64,000 nucleotides of DNA from an uncultured Acidobacteriota bacterium (GCA_963796275.1 CAWCKY010000001.1:576001-640000), one strand, 5' to 3'; counted from the first letter of the stretch, positions 9,102-20,124 are shown. Notes: generated by a model not told the origin, from the letters alone. Translations and numbers: made by a program.

Positions 9102-11183
9102 ATGGCCCCGTTCGATCCATTCGCCTTCTTATTTTTACCGCCAACCTCGGCGCCCGCATCTCTTTCTCCGTTCAATATCCTTGAGCTCGTAGGATTCGCA
9201 ACCGGCGCTTCTCTCTATCTATATCTTTGCTGGATGCTCTTTCAGCGATATGGCATTCGCCGCGTGGAGCGCTCCCTACTGGCTCTGGGTTTGAGCATCG
9301 GTTTGTGGCATCTGGGAAACTTTGCCGAATCGATTTACCTCCTGCTGATCGGCGCCAGAAGCGGGTTATGGTGGTTGAAATCGGCCAATGTCGTCTCCTA
9401 TGTCGCGCTCGCTTTTTTGCCTCCCACCCTCGCGCATGCTCATTTCAGGGTGTGGAAATGGTTCGACAAACGCGTTCCCACCCAGTTATTCAGGACACTG
9501 ATCATACTGGGATATTTGCCGCTCTTGATTCTCCCCTGGGTCGTGGCCAGGCTCTGGGATGATCCATATGAAGAGCCGATCCGAAAACTGTCTTTTCTTT
9601 TACTTCCATTTATCTTCTGGATCATCTTTATCTTCTTTGAATGCGCCGTGATCGATTGGCGGCTGGCTGCTAAATTGCAATCCGAGCGCGAGCGTAGATT
9701 TTTCGAAGTGTTCGGCGCTTCGCTCGTAATAATCGGCGGCCTGTTCCTGCTCACTTACGTCTTCGGTGCGAGGAACTGGGAGGTGCTCGGAAAATATCTC
9801 GATTTGATCGCGCGGCTCTCATCGATCGCGCCCGCGACAATAGTCGCTTATTACATCTATCGATATCGCTATCTGGAACTCGTTATCCGGCAGAGCTTCG
9901 TCTATGCGATTCTGGCGGCGATCATCATGATGGTCTACATCAACGGGATCCGCCGGTTGAGCATACTGCTCGAGGGGAATTACGGCGTACGCGCTGATGT
10001 CATCGAAGCTTTGCTGATCCTGGTCGTCATGTTTCTTGCGGGACCGCTGCGGCGCTTGACTGAGGGTTATCTGCAGCGGCTCTTCGCGCGCGAGGTGGGG
10101 CTGTATCGCGAACTTGTACCACAGGTCGGCCGTGCTGCTGCGAGCTATGGTGAGCTTGATCGTTTCGTCCAATTCGCCGAGAGAAGATTATCCGATGCAC
10201 TGGAACTGGTTGACGTGCGCATTATTCCCACCAATCTGGCAAGGAATGAGACCGCAGATGTGTGCCGCATAGCCGAGGAGCGGCAGCTAGCCGAGATCGA
10301 AGACAGATCGTTGCTCGGCCGTCTGGATGCGATTGCCGGATATTCGCTCTGGCGCGAAGGTCGCATAGTCGGTCTTATGATAGTAAAAGGCGAACCGCAA
10401 AGTTTGACTCCTGAAAAGCGGGAGGTGCTTGCGGTCCTGGCCGGACACATAGCCGTGGCCATAGAGAACTGTCAGCTTCTCGAAGAGAAAGTAAAACTGG
10501 AGCGCGAGCTGGCAGAGCGCGAACGTCTGGCATCGCTCGGCCAGATGGCGGCTACCGTCGCACACGAGATCAAAAACCCGCTCAGCGCGATCAAATCGAT
10601 CGCCCAGGTGATGCGCGAAGATGAAGGCGTGAGCCGCGAATATGGCCATGATCTGGACCTGATCACAGGTGAAGTTGACCGCCTCAATCGCACCGTATCG
10701 CAACTTCTCAGTTTTTCCCGTCCTGCCGCCGTTGCCTCTACCTCCGCTAGTCTCCGCGAAGTGGTTGAGAGCGTTCTCGCCATCACCCGCAACGAGGCCG
10801 AAGAGCGCAATATCAGAGTAACCATAAATCTTACGGCCGATCCGGACTTCGACGGCGAGACAGCCGCAGTGATCAAAGAGATCCTTCTCAATCTGGTCTT
10901 CAATGCTGCTCAGGCGATAAATCGCGAAGGCGAGGTAAACATTGAAAGCGAATTCAATGGCAGTAACCAATTGCATGTCTCCGTCACCGACGATGGAATC
11001 GGAATTCCGCTCTCTCTGCAAGAGAAAATATTTGAACCATTCTTTACGACCAAGCAGCGCGGTACAGGCCTGGGCCTGGCAATCGTCGCGAGGCGCACAA
11101 ACGAAATTAATGGGACAATCGATCTGAGCAGCCCGGTGCTTGAAGGACACGGCACGAGGTTTGATCTGAATTTCCCGGTATGA
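9102..11183 (+). CDS. Multi-TM sensor histidine kinase (PrsK-like architecture)
   Basis: About 8-9 TM helices, GAF-like segment, H-box AHEIKNPL, N-box LNLVFNA, DDGIGI, PFFTTK, GTGLGL. Confidence 0.93.
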   Translation: MAPFDPFAFLFLPPTSAPASLSPFNILELVGFATGASLYLYLCWMLFQRYGIRRVERSLLALGLSIGLWHLGNFAESIYLLLIGARSGLWWLKSANVVSYVALAFLPPTLAHAHFRVWKWFDKRVPTQLFRTLIILGYLPLLILPWVVARLWDDPYEEPIRKLSFLLLPFIFWIIFIFFECAVIDWRLAAKLQSERERRFFEVFGASLVIIGGLFLLTYVFGARNWEVLGKYLDLIARLSSIAPATIVAYYIYRYRYLELVIRQSFVYAILAAIIMMVYINGIRRLSILLEGNYGVRADVIEALLILVVMFLAGPLRRLTEGYLQRLFAREVGLYRELVPQVGRAAASYGELDRFVQFAERRLSDALELVDVRIIPTNLARNETADVCRIAEERQLAEIEDRSLLGRLDAIAGYSLWREGRIVGLMIVKGEPQSLTPEKREVLAVLAGHIAVAIENCQLLEEKVKLERELAERERLASLGQMAATVAHEIKNPLSAIKSIAQVMREDEGVSREYGHDLDLITGEVDRLNRTVSQLLSFSRPAAVASTSASLREVVESVLAITRNEAEERNIRVTINLTADPDFDGETAAVIKEILLNLVFNAAQAINREGEVNIESEFNGSNQLHVSVTDDGIGIPLSLQEKIFEPFFTTKQRGTGLGLAIVARRTNEINGTIDLSSPVLEGHGTRFDLNFPV

Positions 11184-11185
11184 AT

Positions 11186-11245
11186 AGTTTTCAGTTTTCA
11201 GTTGCTGAATTAGACCGTCCGACTGAAAACTGAAAACTGAAAACT
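11186..11245. repeat. Inverted heptamer arrays (CAGTTTT / ACTGAAA) forming an intergenic hairpin
   Basis: AGTTTTCAGTTTTCAGT (11186-11202) versus ACTGAAA x3 (11222-11245). Confidence 0.8.
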
Positions 11246-11270
11246 GTTGCGAAAGTGAGCTAGAGGAATT

Positions 11271-12731
11271 ATGGCGGATCTGAAAATCCTGATCGTTGAC
11301 GATGAAGAGGCAGCGCGATACGGAATGGTCCGCGCGCTCAAAAATTACGCGGTCCTTGAAGCGGCGAGCGTGGAAGAGGCGCGAAGAGAGGTCACCCGAG
11401 TTCGCCCGGCCTTGATCCTGCTGGACATCAATTTGCCCGGAGCGAGCGGGCTTGAATACCTGCGAGAGCTTGCGGCCACCATCGATGCGCCCCCCGTCGT
11501 AATGGTCACGGCGCACGGTTCAGAGCGCACAGCCGTCGAAGCTATCAAGGCGGGAGCTTACGATTACCTGGCAAAGCCATTTGAGGTCGATGAGTTGAGG
11601 CTCGTGGTAAAGAACGCGCTCGAAGCATCCAAACTCCGGCACGAAAACCAAAAGCTTCGAGCCGAACTCAAATCTGTGCGCGGGGCGGGCGAACTGCTGG
11701 GCGCCACCGAACGGATGCGGCGGATATACGATCTGATTGCCAAAGTCGCGATGACCGATGTGACGGTTTTGATTGCCGGAGAATCGGGCACCGGGAAAGA
11801 ACTCGTCGCGCGCGCCATCCACGACGAGAGCGCTCACCGACGCAACGGGGATTTCATCGCGATGAACTGTGCCGCATTACCCACGGAACTTATCGAGTCT
11901 GAGCTCTTCGGCCACGAAAAGGGCGCATTCACAGGGGCCGCGGGACAGCGGAAGGGGAAGTTTGAGCTGGCTCAAGGCGGCACGATCTTCCTCGATGAAA
12001 TCGGCGATATGAGCCTCAATACGCAAGCCAAGTTACTTCGGGTGTTGGAGGAGCGGAGAATCGAACGTCTCGGAGGTTCGCATTCGATCCCGGTCGACGT
12101 GCGCATCATCAGCGCCACCAACCGGGATTTGGCTTCGTCAGTGGCATCCGAAAAATTCCGCGCAGATCTTTTCTATCGCCTGCGCGTCGTAGAAATAAAT
12201 CTGCCACCCTTGCGCGAACGGAGTGAGGATATTCCGCTGCTCGCCGAAAATTTTCTCGCGATCTATGCCGGTAAGTACCGACTCAGTTGCGTAGAAGTCA
12301 GCGCGGAAGCGATGAAGATGCTCGTCCGGTACGAGTGGCCAGGCAATGTTCGCGAACTCCGCAATGTCATCGAACGAAGCGCGGTACTCTGCGACGGAAA
12401 GTCGCTGCGCGCGGATGACCTGCCGGAAGAGATAAGAGCAAACCGGCAAGCGGAAAGGTCTTCCGATAATTTCTGCCGCGCTTTCCCAACCGCCGCGAAT
12501 GAGGCGATAGAGTCCATGCAAATTCCATATCTCGCCGATTTTCGCGAGGCCCGGCGGGAATTTGAGCGCGCATATATCGAACGCGTATTGAAAGACACGG
12601 GGGGAAATGTGACGCGCGCTGCCGAAAGAGTCGGGATGCACCGCCAGAGCCTGCAGCAAAAACTGAAAGACCTTGGCCTCACGCGCCGCTACGTGGTGAA
12701 CGAAGAGGTGCAGGAATCGGATGACGAGTGA
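11271..12731 (+). CDS. Sigma54-dependent response regulator (NtrC/AtoC family)
   Basis: Receiver domain (LIVDDE, LLDINLP), [28 protein letters not shown], Fis-type HTH. Confidence 0.95.
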   Translation: MADLKILIVDDEEAARYGMVRALKNYAVLEAASVEEARREVTRVRPALILLDINLPGASGLEYLRELAATIDAPPVVMVTAHGSERTAVEAIKAGAYDYLAKPFEVDELRLVVKNALEASKLRHENQKLRAELKSVRGAGELLGATERMRRIYDLIAKVAMTDVTVLIAGESGTGKELVARAIHDESAHRRNGDFIAMNCAALPTELIESELFGHEKGAFTGAAGQRKGKFELAQGGTIFLDEIGDMSLNTQAKLLRVLEERRIERLGGSHSIPVDVRIISATNRDLASSVASEKFRADLFYRLRVVEINLPPLRERSEDIPLLAENFLAIYAGKYRLSCVEVSAEAMKMLVRYEWPGNVRELRNVIERSAVLCDGKSLRADDLPEEIRANRQAERSSDNFCRAFPTAANEAIESMQIPYLADFREARREFERAYIERVLKDTGGNVTRAAERVGMHRQSLQQKLKDLGLTRRYVVNEEVQESDDE

Positions 12732-12979
12732 AAGATTTGGATGGCAGGCAAAGGTAAAGGGAGCTAATAGCTTTAGCGGTTTTTCATCTGCAATATAGGG
12801 ATGGCGTGGAGTTGGGAGTGCAGTAGCCCGGGAAGCCGCTGGGCAACTCATTTTGGACAGCGAATCAGCCCGCTGGCGGAAGCGTGCGTGGCTCTCGCAA
12901 AGGAGTTATTACGGGAGTAACGCTCGCTGCCGCTTACGGTTCTTCAGGTATAATTTCCTATCTACGATCGCAGTATTTA

Positions 12980-12996
12980 TTGGCACTCAGGTTGCA
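12980..12996 (+). promoter_or_regulatory. Sigma54 (-24/-12) promoter
   Basis: TTGGCAC-TCAGG-TTGCA is an exact match to TGGCAC-N5-TTGC, about 125 bp upstream of the CDS at 13120. Confidence 0.8.
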
Positions 12997-13119
12997 GCTG
13001 ATACGGCTGCAACCGTTGAGGACATTTGGATCTTGCGCCAAAACCGTCAGTGTTCAGTTAAGGTATGGTCTGCTGAATTGCCGGCGATTTTGGCGCAAGA
13101 ATTTTAAAGATAGATAACT

Positions 13120-14556
13120 ATGAAACTGAAAATATGGCGGCGTTCGATCCTGCCCATTTATCTCATTGTTTGCTTTACGATATTGCCGCTCAACGCGTGG
13201 CTCGAGACTCTATTTCATTCATCGATAACTCCAAACCATCTCATTCTAGTACTCGATGGGGTGCCTTACAAAACAATCGTCGAATTGCGCGCTGAAGGGC
13301 GTTTTTCGTACTTTCGCGATCCAGCACGGATGATCTCGACCTTTCCTTCATTGACTAATCCGGCGATGATCGAGATTTTGCAGACCGAGGATTCGCCGGG
13401 TTATGAGGATCATTACTACGACAAAACCCGCAATCGTCTGTTGGGTAATGTTCAAAATCGTCTGCAAGGCGAGAGATTCATTCAAGGTACATTTCGGGAA
13501 ACATTTGACTATCATGCCCCGGCTTTCAAGGGAGCATTGGCGTATGTCGCGGCTCCGATGGGCGCCATAGCAGTGGCTCAAATGGACCTGGCGGCTTTCC
13601 GCTCAGCCTTCCGGAGATCGAAGGCTCCCGTCTTCATTGGCTATATCGGTGAGACCGACACGCTGGCGCATTTGGGCGGAGAGCGTGCATTGAAACAGTT
13701 TTTGCGCACGCTCGACCGCGCGATCGAAGAATTCATCGCGGAATCGGAGGAGGATGGCGTGCGCCTGGAAGTGGAGATGTTCTCTGACCACGGCAACAAC
13801 TACGCGGAATACCGTCAGGTGAAATTGAACGACGCGATCAATCAGTCTGGGTTCGTGACTGAAAAAATGATAACGAGTGAACGAAGCGTTGTTTTGCCGA
13901 AATACGGTCTGGTCGGCTCATCGATGCTCTTTACCGCAAGTGAGAATCGGGCGCGTTTGGCCGATGTTTGCGCGGGAGTTGAGGGCGTCGATTTTGCCGT
14001 ATATCAATCGGGCGCCGATGTCATCGAACTATTGAGCAAGCGAGGGCGCGCGCGTGTGGTGCGCGACGGTGAAAATTACAAATACGAAGACCACGGCGGC
14101 GACCCGCTGGGACTCAACGACATTATGGGAGCGATGAAGGTTTGCGGTGTGATGGATAGTCAGGGGTTTGCGTCACGCGAAGATTGGTGGTGGGCGACGC
14201 GTCCACACCGTTATGCCGATCCGCTTCGACGCCTGTTCGATGGTTTCGAGAGGCATGTCAGAAATCGAGCCGATGTGATCGTCAGTTATAAAGACGGTTA
14301 TCAGCTGGGGAGCACTTTCCTGGGCTTCTTTGCGCGATTGCAGGCAACCCACGGCAATATGTTGCGGGGAGAGACCGAAGCCTTCGCTATGTCGACGCGC
14401 CAATCTCTCGGAGATTCGGTGAGAGGTTACGAATTGCGCCGCCTCTTTGGGATCGGCGATCAGCGGTCAAAGGTTGATAAATATTTCAGCGGCGGCGGGC
14501 ATTGCCGGATCGGGCCGGCGATCGCCAAGCGATTTGCGGAGATACCGGAACAGTAG
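13120..14556 (+). CDS. Alkaline phosphatase superfamily / type I phosphodiesterase-like protein
   Basis: LVLDGV, STFPSLTNP, ETDTLAHLGG, FSDHG and ATHG metal-binding motifs; N-terminal hydrophobic helix. Confidence 0.85.
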   Translation: MKLKIWRRSILPIYLIVCFTILPLNAWLETLFHSSITPNHLILVLDGVPYKTIVELRAEGRFSYFRDPARMISTFPSLTNPAMIEILQTEDSPGYEDHYYDKTRNRLLGNVQNRLQGERFIQGTFRETFDYHAPAFKGALAYVAAPMGAIAVAQMDLAAFRSAFRRSKAPVFIGYIGETDTLAHLGGERALKQFLRTLDRAIEEFIAESEEDGVRLEVEMFSDHGNNYAEYRQVKLNDAINQSGFVTEKMITSERSVVLPKYGLVGSSMLFTASENRARLADVCAGVEGVDFAVYQSGADVIELLSKRGRARVVRDGENYKYEDHGGDPLGLNDIMGAMKVCGVMDSQGFASREDWWWATRPHRYADPLRRLFDGFERHVRNRADVIVSYKDGYQLGSTFLGFFARLQATHGNMLRGETEAFAMSTRQSLGDSVRGYELRRLFGIGDQRSKVDKYFSGGGHCRIGPAIAKRFAEIPEQ

Positions 14557-14805
14557 CGTTCTCGATATTTGCCATCCTCAGCCAACTTCATACATAATCT
14601 TCAAAGTTTGGGCGGATCGCGCTATCATTTTAACGCGGATACGCGACTTTGGCATATCAGGATTGGCCACGGATATACAGGTAGGCAGCGGAAGCGTGGA
14701 TTCAATCTTTTGGTCCGTCGCAACGATGCGAATCCGCGGTTAATTTTATATGTGCCAGTCTTATTAGCTTTCGTCTATAAATCCAATAACACAAGGAGAG
14801 AGCGA

Positions 14806-15047
14806 ATGGCCGATAAGCGTAAATAAAAGCACAAGAAGACGCCCACAAGATCGCCGAGTGGCTCGTTCAAAACAGGACTGAGTTTGAGCACGAGGGTATA
14901 GGGGAAGCAAGAGTGACCTCGTCTGTCGGTATGCCGGAATCGGACGTGAGGTTAGCCCTGGATCATCTAGAGAATCGCGAGGAGATAGTGAGGGAAATAT
15001 GGATAACAGACTTATTATTGCAGGCCGCGAGTTTAACTCTCGTTTGA
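14806..15047 (+). pseudogene. Frameshifted remnant of a small hypothetical (HTH-like) protein
   Basis: RBS AAGGAGAG + ATG 14806 gives MADKRK*; the -1 frame from 14823 reads [57 protein letters not shown] and then runs into thiG. Confidence 0.4.
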
Positions 15048-15775
15048 TTGTCGGAACTGGAAAATACCGCTCCAACGAACAGATGGTTGAGGCATTCGAA
15101 CGAAGCGGCTCGGGAATGATCACTGTCGCGGTGAGGCGAGTCAATATAACGGATCGATCACAACCCTCATTGCTCGATTTTATCGACCTGAAGAGATACG
15201 CGATCCTGCCTAACACTGCCGGTTGTTATTCTGCGGAAGAGGCTATCAGGACAGCGTTCCTGGCGCGTGAAGTCGGTCTATCCGATTGGGTTAAAGTAGA
15301 AGTCATCGGAGATCAGAAGACTCTCTTCCCAGATAACGAGGCGACGCTGGAAGCGACGACAACCTTAGTCAAAGAAGGGTTTACCGTGCTGCCCTATTTC
15401 AACGACGATCTGATTATGGCGAAGAAACTGATCGACGCGGGAGCCGCGGCGGTGATGCCGCTGGCCGCCCCGATCGGGTCGGGGATGGGTATTCAGAATC
15501 CCAACAATCTGCGCATCATGCGCGAGCAGATCGCTGAAATCCCTATCATTGTGGACGCCGGGGTGGGTACAGCCTCAGATGCCTGTCTTGCCATGGAACT
15601 GGGCATGGACGGTTTATTGATGAACACGGCGATAGCTGAAGCGGAAAATCCTGGTGAAATGGCCGAAGCCATGAAACTCGCGGTAAACGCCGGACGATTG
15701 GCTTATCTTGCCGGAAGAATGCCCAGGCGTTTGTATGCGAGCGCGAGTAGCCCGGTCGCGGGCGTGATCCGGTAA
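14999..15775 (+). CDS. thiG: Thiazole synthase
   Basis: [47 protein letters not shown]. Confidence 0.97.
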   Translation: MDNRLIIAGREFNSRLIVGTGKYRSNEQMVEAFERSGSGMITVAVRRVNITDRSQPSLLDFIDLKRYAILPNTAGCYSAEEAIRTAFLAREVGLSDWVKVEVIGDQKTLFPDNEATLEATTTLVKEGFTVLPYFNDDLIMAKKLIDAGAAAVMPLAAPIGSGMGIQNPNNLRIMREQIAEIPIIVDAGVGTASDACLAMELGMDGLLMNTAIAEAENPGEMAEAMKLAVNAGRLAYLAGRMPRRLYASASSPVAGVIR

Positions 15776-15925
15776 ATAGAAAAGTGGCTGATCCGCCTAT
15801 TTGAATACTGACCGGGAAACCGTAAAATATTCATGCACCGGCGCCCGACTCAGATTGTTATTCTTCCATCGGTGTTTGGGAGGTTCGACGAACGCTCACT
15901 TGTCTTCGATTCTTGGTGAACAGCG

Positions 15926-16684
15926 ATGACCAGCCTCTATACCATACTCGGTGTTAACAGAACCGCCACTCAGACGGAGATCAAATCCGCCTATCGCCGG
16001 CTGGCGCGCAAGTATCATCCCGATGTAAACAATGACCCATCCGCCGCCTCGAGATTCGCGCAGATCAATGACGCTTATCATACGCTCATCGATCCCGAAC
16101 GGCGTAAGGATTACGACCGTACCGGCAGGACGGTGACCACAACCGGGGAGAACAATTCTCCGCAGGCGCGTGCTGCGAGGCGCGCATACTACCAGTCTCG
16201 CGCGGATCGAATCGTAAACGAATGGCTTGAACGTGAGCGGGAAGAGACGCGTGCAAGAGGCAAAGCGGTTTACACGACAGTTACGCTTTTCTTCTCGACC
16301 TTTATGGTCGCGGTGATGAGGCCTTCAGTCTTAGAGATCAACAGTTTATTCGCGCGTATCGCTCTCGTAATCTTGTTTGCATTCGGCATCCGGCACCTGT
16401 TTAAAAGCCTGAAGGAGCATCTTGATCATTACACTTACAGACCGGAGAGGATATCGATCACTCGGACGAACAAGGCCTCGAAGCCATATAAACGCAGCGT
16501 TGCGTGGGGATTCGTCTTATCGGGTTATCTCATTTCGCTCCTCACAGGGATCCTCGTCGGAGTGCTGGCATACGGGAAGGATACGCTCGGCGATGCGGTC
16601 TTCGCTGTTCTCTTCTACCCGCCAATTGCAGTACTGATTGTGGATCTGGTTTATCGGATCAATCTGCATTTTGAAAACCTTTAA
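15926..16684 (+). CDS. J-domain (DnaJ-like) membrane protein
   Basis: YTILGV...[13 protein letters not shown] domain followed by about 4 TM helices. Confidence 0.9.
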   Translation: MTSLYTILGVNRTATQTEIKSAYRRLARKYHPDVNNDPSAASRFAQINDAYHTLIDPERRKDYDRTGRTVTTTGENNSPQARAARRAYYQSRADRIVNEWLEREREETRARGKAVYTTVTLFFSTFMVAVMRPSVLEINSLFARIALVILFAFGIRHLFKSLKEHLDHYTYRPERISITRTNKASKPYKRSVAWGFVLSGYLISLLTGILVGVLAYGKDTLGDAVFAVLFYPPIAVLIVDLVYRINLHFENL

Positions 16685-16690
16685 TTTCCC

Positions 16691-17485
16691 TTATCTCGCT
16701 TCTTCAATCTTTACTCCTGGCGCGTCTGAAGTTTTGTTGAACCTATCCTTCAAGTAAGCGGTAATAAGCCATCCAATACATATAACGACAATCAACATCG
16801 AGAACCACTGGCCATATTTACCGTCCGGAGACCATACTTCGGTCGCAGCATGCAGTGCCTCGCTGTTAGGCAAGATGCCGGCCTCGGAAAATTCGTGGAA
16901 CGTGTAGATGGCTACCTGTACAAGGAAGAGAATGAGGAAGATGCTCGTCACCTCGAAGAAACGCTTCATATTGATCAGATGGCCGTACCGCCCCCAGGCC
17001 AGCGCGAGCACGGTCGCCGCCGCAAGCCCGGTCAGTGCACCCATAAGTAGCATGCCCTGATCTTTTATCTGCAGGAGGAGCAGCGCCGTCTCCATTCCCT
17101 CGCGCGTAATCATAAGAACCGTGAATATGAATACGCCGAGAAAAGCCATCAGGCCCGACCGCCCCGTCGTAGCAACATCCAGCTTTTCATGCATCGTCTG
17201 TTTCATCCTCGGCGCAATGCGTCGCATGTGGACGATGAGTGACGCAACCAGGACTATGGCAACCAGTCCAAGTATCCCTTCCCATAGGGCCTGCTCGACA
17301 CCTTCCGTATCCTGATTGAGCCAATAACCGATCGAGGCGCTTGCCACCAGAGCAGTCGCAATCGCCGCATAGACCGCCGAAGCGAGCCATGTCTGCCCCG
17401 TTTTTCGAAGGTAGGAAAAAATGATCGCGACGATCAGGAACGCTTCAAATCCCTCGCGCAATACGATGATAAACGCATTCAACAT
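16691..17485 (-). CDS. FTR1/EfeU family iron permease
   Basis: Two REGxE motifs (LREGFEA, TREGMET) and multiple TM helices. Confidence 0.93.
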   Translation of the reverse strand: MLNAFIIVLREGFEAFLIVAIIFSYLRKTGQTWLASAVYAAIATALVASASIGYWLNQDTEGVEQALWEGILGLVAIVLVASLIVHMRRIAPRMKQTMHEKLDVATTGRSGLMAFLGVFIFTVLMITREGMETALLLLQIKDQGMLLMGALTGLAAATVLALAWGRYGHLINMKRFFEVTSIFLILFLVQVAIYTFHEFSEAGILPNSEALHAATEVWSPDGKYGQWFSMLIVVICIGWLITAYLKDRFNKTSDAPGVKIEEAR

Positions 17486-17545
17486 CGGTTAGCCTCTCTT
17501 AAAGTAATGTTAGTCCGGAGCTCATTGATAGAGATTTTAATGAAG

Positions 17546-17562
17546 TTGAAAATGATTTTCAA
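17546..17562. promoter_or_regulatory. Fur-type operator upstream of the FTR1 permease
   Basis: Perfect 8-1-8 palindrome TTGAAAAT-G-ATTTTCAA, 60 bp upstream of the start. Confidence 0.75.
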
Positions 17563-17621
17563 GAAATTTACAGCCGAATGAGCATAAGTAGACGTCATAT
17601 AGTGCGTCCGTCGGGTATTTT

Positions 17622-19193
17622 CTATTTAGTATTGATAGAGCTGGTCAGGATGAAGCGGAGTTCGCCGAATCGCGTGCGTGTAGCGATATATAGGGGGACT
17701 CTGGATGGGTCGTTTGACACCCAGGCTTGCGCGATGAGCGCCTGGCCGATAAGTAAATCTATTTGCCAGCTATCGCGCGGGCCGGTTGGTCCGTCGATGG
17801 TCTCCTGCTTGACCACTTTGGTGGTTATCACGCGCGGCCGATGATTGGCATCGAGGAAGGGAAAATTATAGCTGGCGCCGGTCTTGAGGTCGGACGCGCG
17901 AACCGTGTAGAAGAGCGAGACAAGGTCGAGCGTGCCCGGACTGATCGGTATCACCGTTCCGGTCGAAAGGGCAGCCGTATTATTGATCGAGTTATATGTT
18001 GCTGAGACCTGTTTGATGCGTTTTCCCTCGCGCAGTCGCAGATGGGTCAGCACGGGTGTGAGTTTATCGATGAGCGCGAAGCTGCTCAATTGATCATTAA
18101 CATTGATGAGCGTCTGTGCTGCGCCTCTGCTCGTGGCCTCGCCATAAAGTTCGAATACCCGGTTTCCTCCGAGCATCCCCTGTTGACGTACTTCAAAGCT
18201 AGCTTTACCGACGGAAGCGAAATTGCCCCAGGCTATCTCGTAGTTGAGCTTTTCGCCGATGACGAATGGCAAGTAAGCTTCGCGGCCGTGCTTTCCATTG
18301 GTGCCGTTTACCCCGGAGCTGCCTGATTCATCCGTCAGGAGTTTCAGGGTAGCGAGAGCCGGCGCTGGCCTGGTTGTGATCGTCGCGCTGGCAAGCTCCG
18401 CCCGCAAATCGCCCATTGGAAGCTTGGCTGCGAGCAGTACCGGTAGCTTCTTATTGTCGTCCGTTAGCCAGAGCGTGGTGCGGAACTTACTGAATCTCTT
18501 CTGCGGCGAAAGCTTGATGCAGATCGTATTGAAGGTCCCCGCCTGTGTGGTTATTCGCTCACGAGCTTTGACTTCGACATCGATTTCGACGATCTCTTTC
18601 CCGTAAATCGCGCTCAGCTTTATTCGCTCGCCCTGTGGAAGCGGTCGTAAACGCAAACCATAGAGAATTGAGGGGAGATCGTAAATTCCAGCCGGTACCG
18701 TGAGTTTTGTCCCGTCCGTATAGGTTGCCAGCTGCTCCGCTTGATCGAGAATGACGGTCTCATCGCTCTGCTTTTGCCCTTCTCGTGTCAGGTAGACTAA
18801 CCGGAACGGAATCGCGTTATTCGAATTGATATAGGTAGTATATTGATTATCGACCAGTGCAAATAGAGAACGGACGCGCCCCGTCGTTTCGACTTTGGTT
18901 TTAATTTGAAAACTCTCTTGTCCGAAAAACTGCCCCTGCTCGGCAACCTCCATCTCAAGGCGCGCCGCACTCGGGAAATTCAACCACGTCACATTAAATA
19001 AAAGACGCTCACCAACCCCGAAGGGAGCATTGTCTGCCGCCGTTGCAGCCGTTGCTGCCGGTGGCGTTGACGGTTTGGGTGGAGGAGTGAGACCGCCCGT
19101 TTGCTGAGCGTATAGCTTCAAGCCAAGGCTTATGGCGCCTATGGCAACCAATCCAATAACTAAAAATTGACGAACCGATCTCAGAGATAACAT
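17622..19193 (-). CDS. Exported protein with two tandem DUF3108-like domains
   Basis: Signal peptide; duplicated units PFGVGERLLFNVTW...LWLTDDNKKLPV and PFVIGEKLNYEIAW...AWVSNDPSRVPL. Confidence 0.8.
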   Translation of the reverse strand: MLSLRSVRQFLVIGLVAIGAISLGLKLYAQQTGGLTPPPKPSTPPAATAATAADNAPFGVGERLLFNVTWLNFPSAARLEMEVAEQGQFFGQESFQIKTKVETTGRVRSLFALVDNQYTTYINSNNAIPFRLVYLTREGQKQSDETVILDQAEQLATYTDGTKLTVPAGIYDLPSILYGLRLRPLPQGERIKLSAIYGKEIVEIDVEVKARERITTQAGTFNTICIKLSPQKRFSKFRTTLWLTDDNKKLPVLLAAKLPMGDLRAELASATITTRPAPALATLKLLTDESGSSGVNGTNGKHGREAYLPFVIGEKLNYEIAWGNFASVGKASFEVRQQGMLGGNRVFELYGEATSRGAAQTLINVNDQLSSFALIDKLTPVLTHLRLREGKRIKQVSATYNSINNTAALSTGTVIPISPGTLDLVSLFYTVRASDLKTGASYNFPFLDANHRPRVITTKVVKQETIDGPTGPRDSWQIDLLIGQALIAQAWVSNDPSRVPLYIATRTRFGELRFILTSSINTK

Positions 19194-19292
19194 GAAAAAT
19201 TTATTTTGCCTAACTGCGGAAAATAACGGCGATTAAGATAAGGACGCCGTGGGCGGACTTATCAATAACGTTCGTCGCGGCTTTCTGTTCAA

Positions 19293-20048
19293 TTACTTCT
19301 TGATTAAACTTTTTCTGAGGATTTCCGGCTCAATCTCCGCCAGAATGTTTTGGGCCGCCTTCAACGGATCATCGGCCGCCGTAACCGGCCGTCCTACAAC
19401 CAGATAATCCGCTCCCGCGCGTATAGCTTCAGCCGGTGTCATGACGCGGCTCTGATCATTTTGAGCCGCGCCTGCCGGTCGGACTCCCGGTGTGAGGATG
19501 ACAAACTCGGGACTTTTGGTTTTATTTCTTATAGGGATAATTTCCTGGGGCGAGGCGACTACGCCGTCGACCGCCGAAGCTTCGCATAACTGTGCCAGGC
19601 TCACGACTTCGTCTTCGAGCTTGCGCTCAATCCCCACTTCATTCAAAGAGGCTTGCGTGTGACTCGTCAGGACAGTCACCCCGAGTATCAAAGGACGATC
19701 GAGCTTTTCACGTGCTGCCGTTTCGTTGATGGCTTCGACGGCCGCCTTCATCATTTGTGATCCGCCGAGCGCGTGCAGGTTGAATATGCTTACTCCCAAT
19801 CGCATCGCTTCAACACCTGCCTGAGCTACAGTGGTGGGGATGTCGTGAAATTTCAGATCTAGAAATACACGTTCTCCCATCGCGATGATCTTCCGCACAA
19901 CGTCAGGTCCGGCCGCAGTGAAAAGCCGTTTGCCGACTTTGAACATTCCTGCCAAGCCATTCAGGCGTTCGACCAGGCTCAATGCCTGGCTGGCAGAATC
20001 GACATCGAGAGCGATTACAATCGGATTATGGATTCGCGAGTCACTCAT
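19293..20048 (-). CDS. pyrF: Orotidine 5'-phosphate decarboxylase
   Basis: IVIALD, FLDLKFHDIPTTV, VTVLTS, TPGVR, VVGRP. Confidence 0.97.
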   Translation of the reverse strand: MSDSRIHNPIVIALDVDSASQALSLVERLNGLAGMFKVGKRLFTAAGPDVVRKIIAMGERVFLDLKFHDIPTTVAQAGVEAMRLGVSIFNLHALGGSQMMKAAVEAINETAAREKLDRPLILGVTVLTSHTQASLNEVGIERKLEDEVVSLAQLCEASAVDGVVASPQEIIPIRNKTKSPEFVILTPGVRPAGAAQNDQSRVMTPAEAIRAGADYLVVGRPVTAADDPLKAAQNILAEIEPEILRKSLIKK

Positions 20049-20124
20049 ACAATTCTACGGACGGAATTCGAAGACCGAAGTCGCTTATAAACTGACCGCC
20101 CTCTCCCGTCTCCCGTATGTGTTC

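Noticed and set aside
10287-11516. Long antisense ORFs such as 10287-11516, 25498-26361, 44479-45243 and 51813-52487
   Set aside because: Shadow frames opposite well-supported genes, expected with this codon bias.
12853-13117. ORFs 12853-13107 and 12884-13117
   Set aside because: No RBS, atypical composition, and they overlap a consensus sigma54 promoter and leader hairpins.
14557-14790. TPP riboswitch upstream of thiG
   Set aside because: No CUGAGA / ACCUGAU core is recognisable; only an imperfect inverted repeat (TTAACGCGGAT...ATCCGCGGTTAA). An Rfam scan would settle it.
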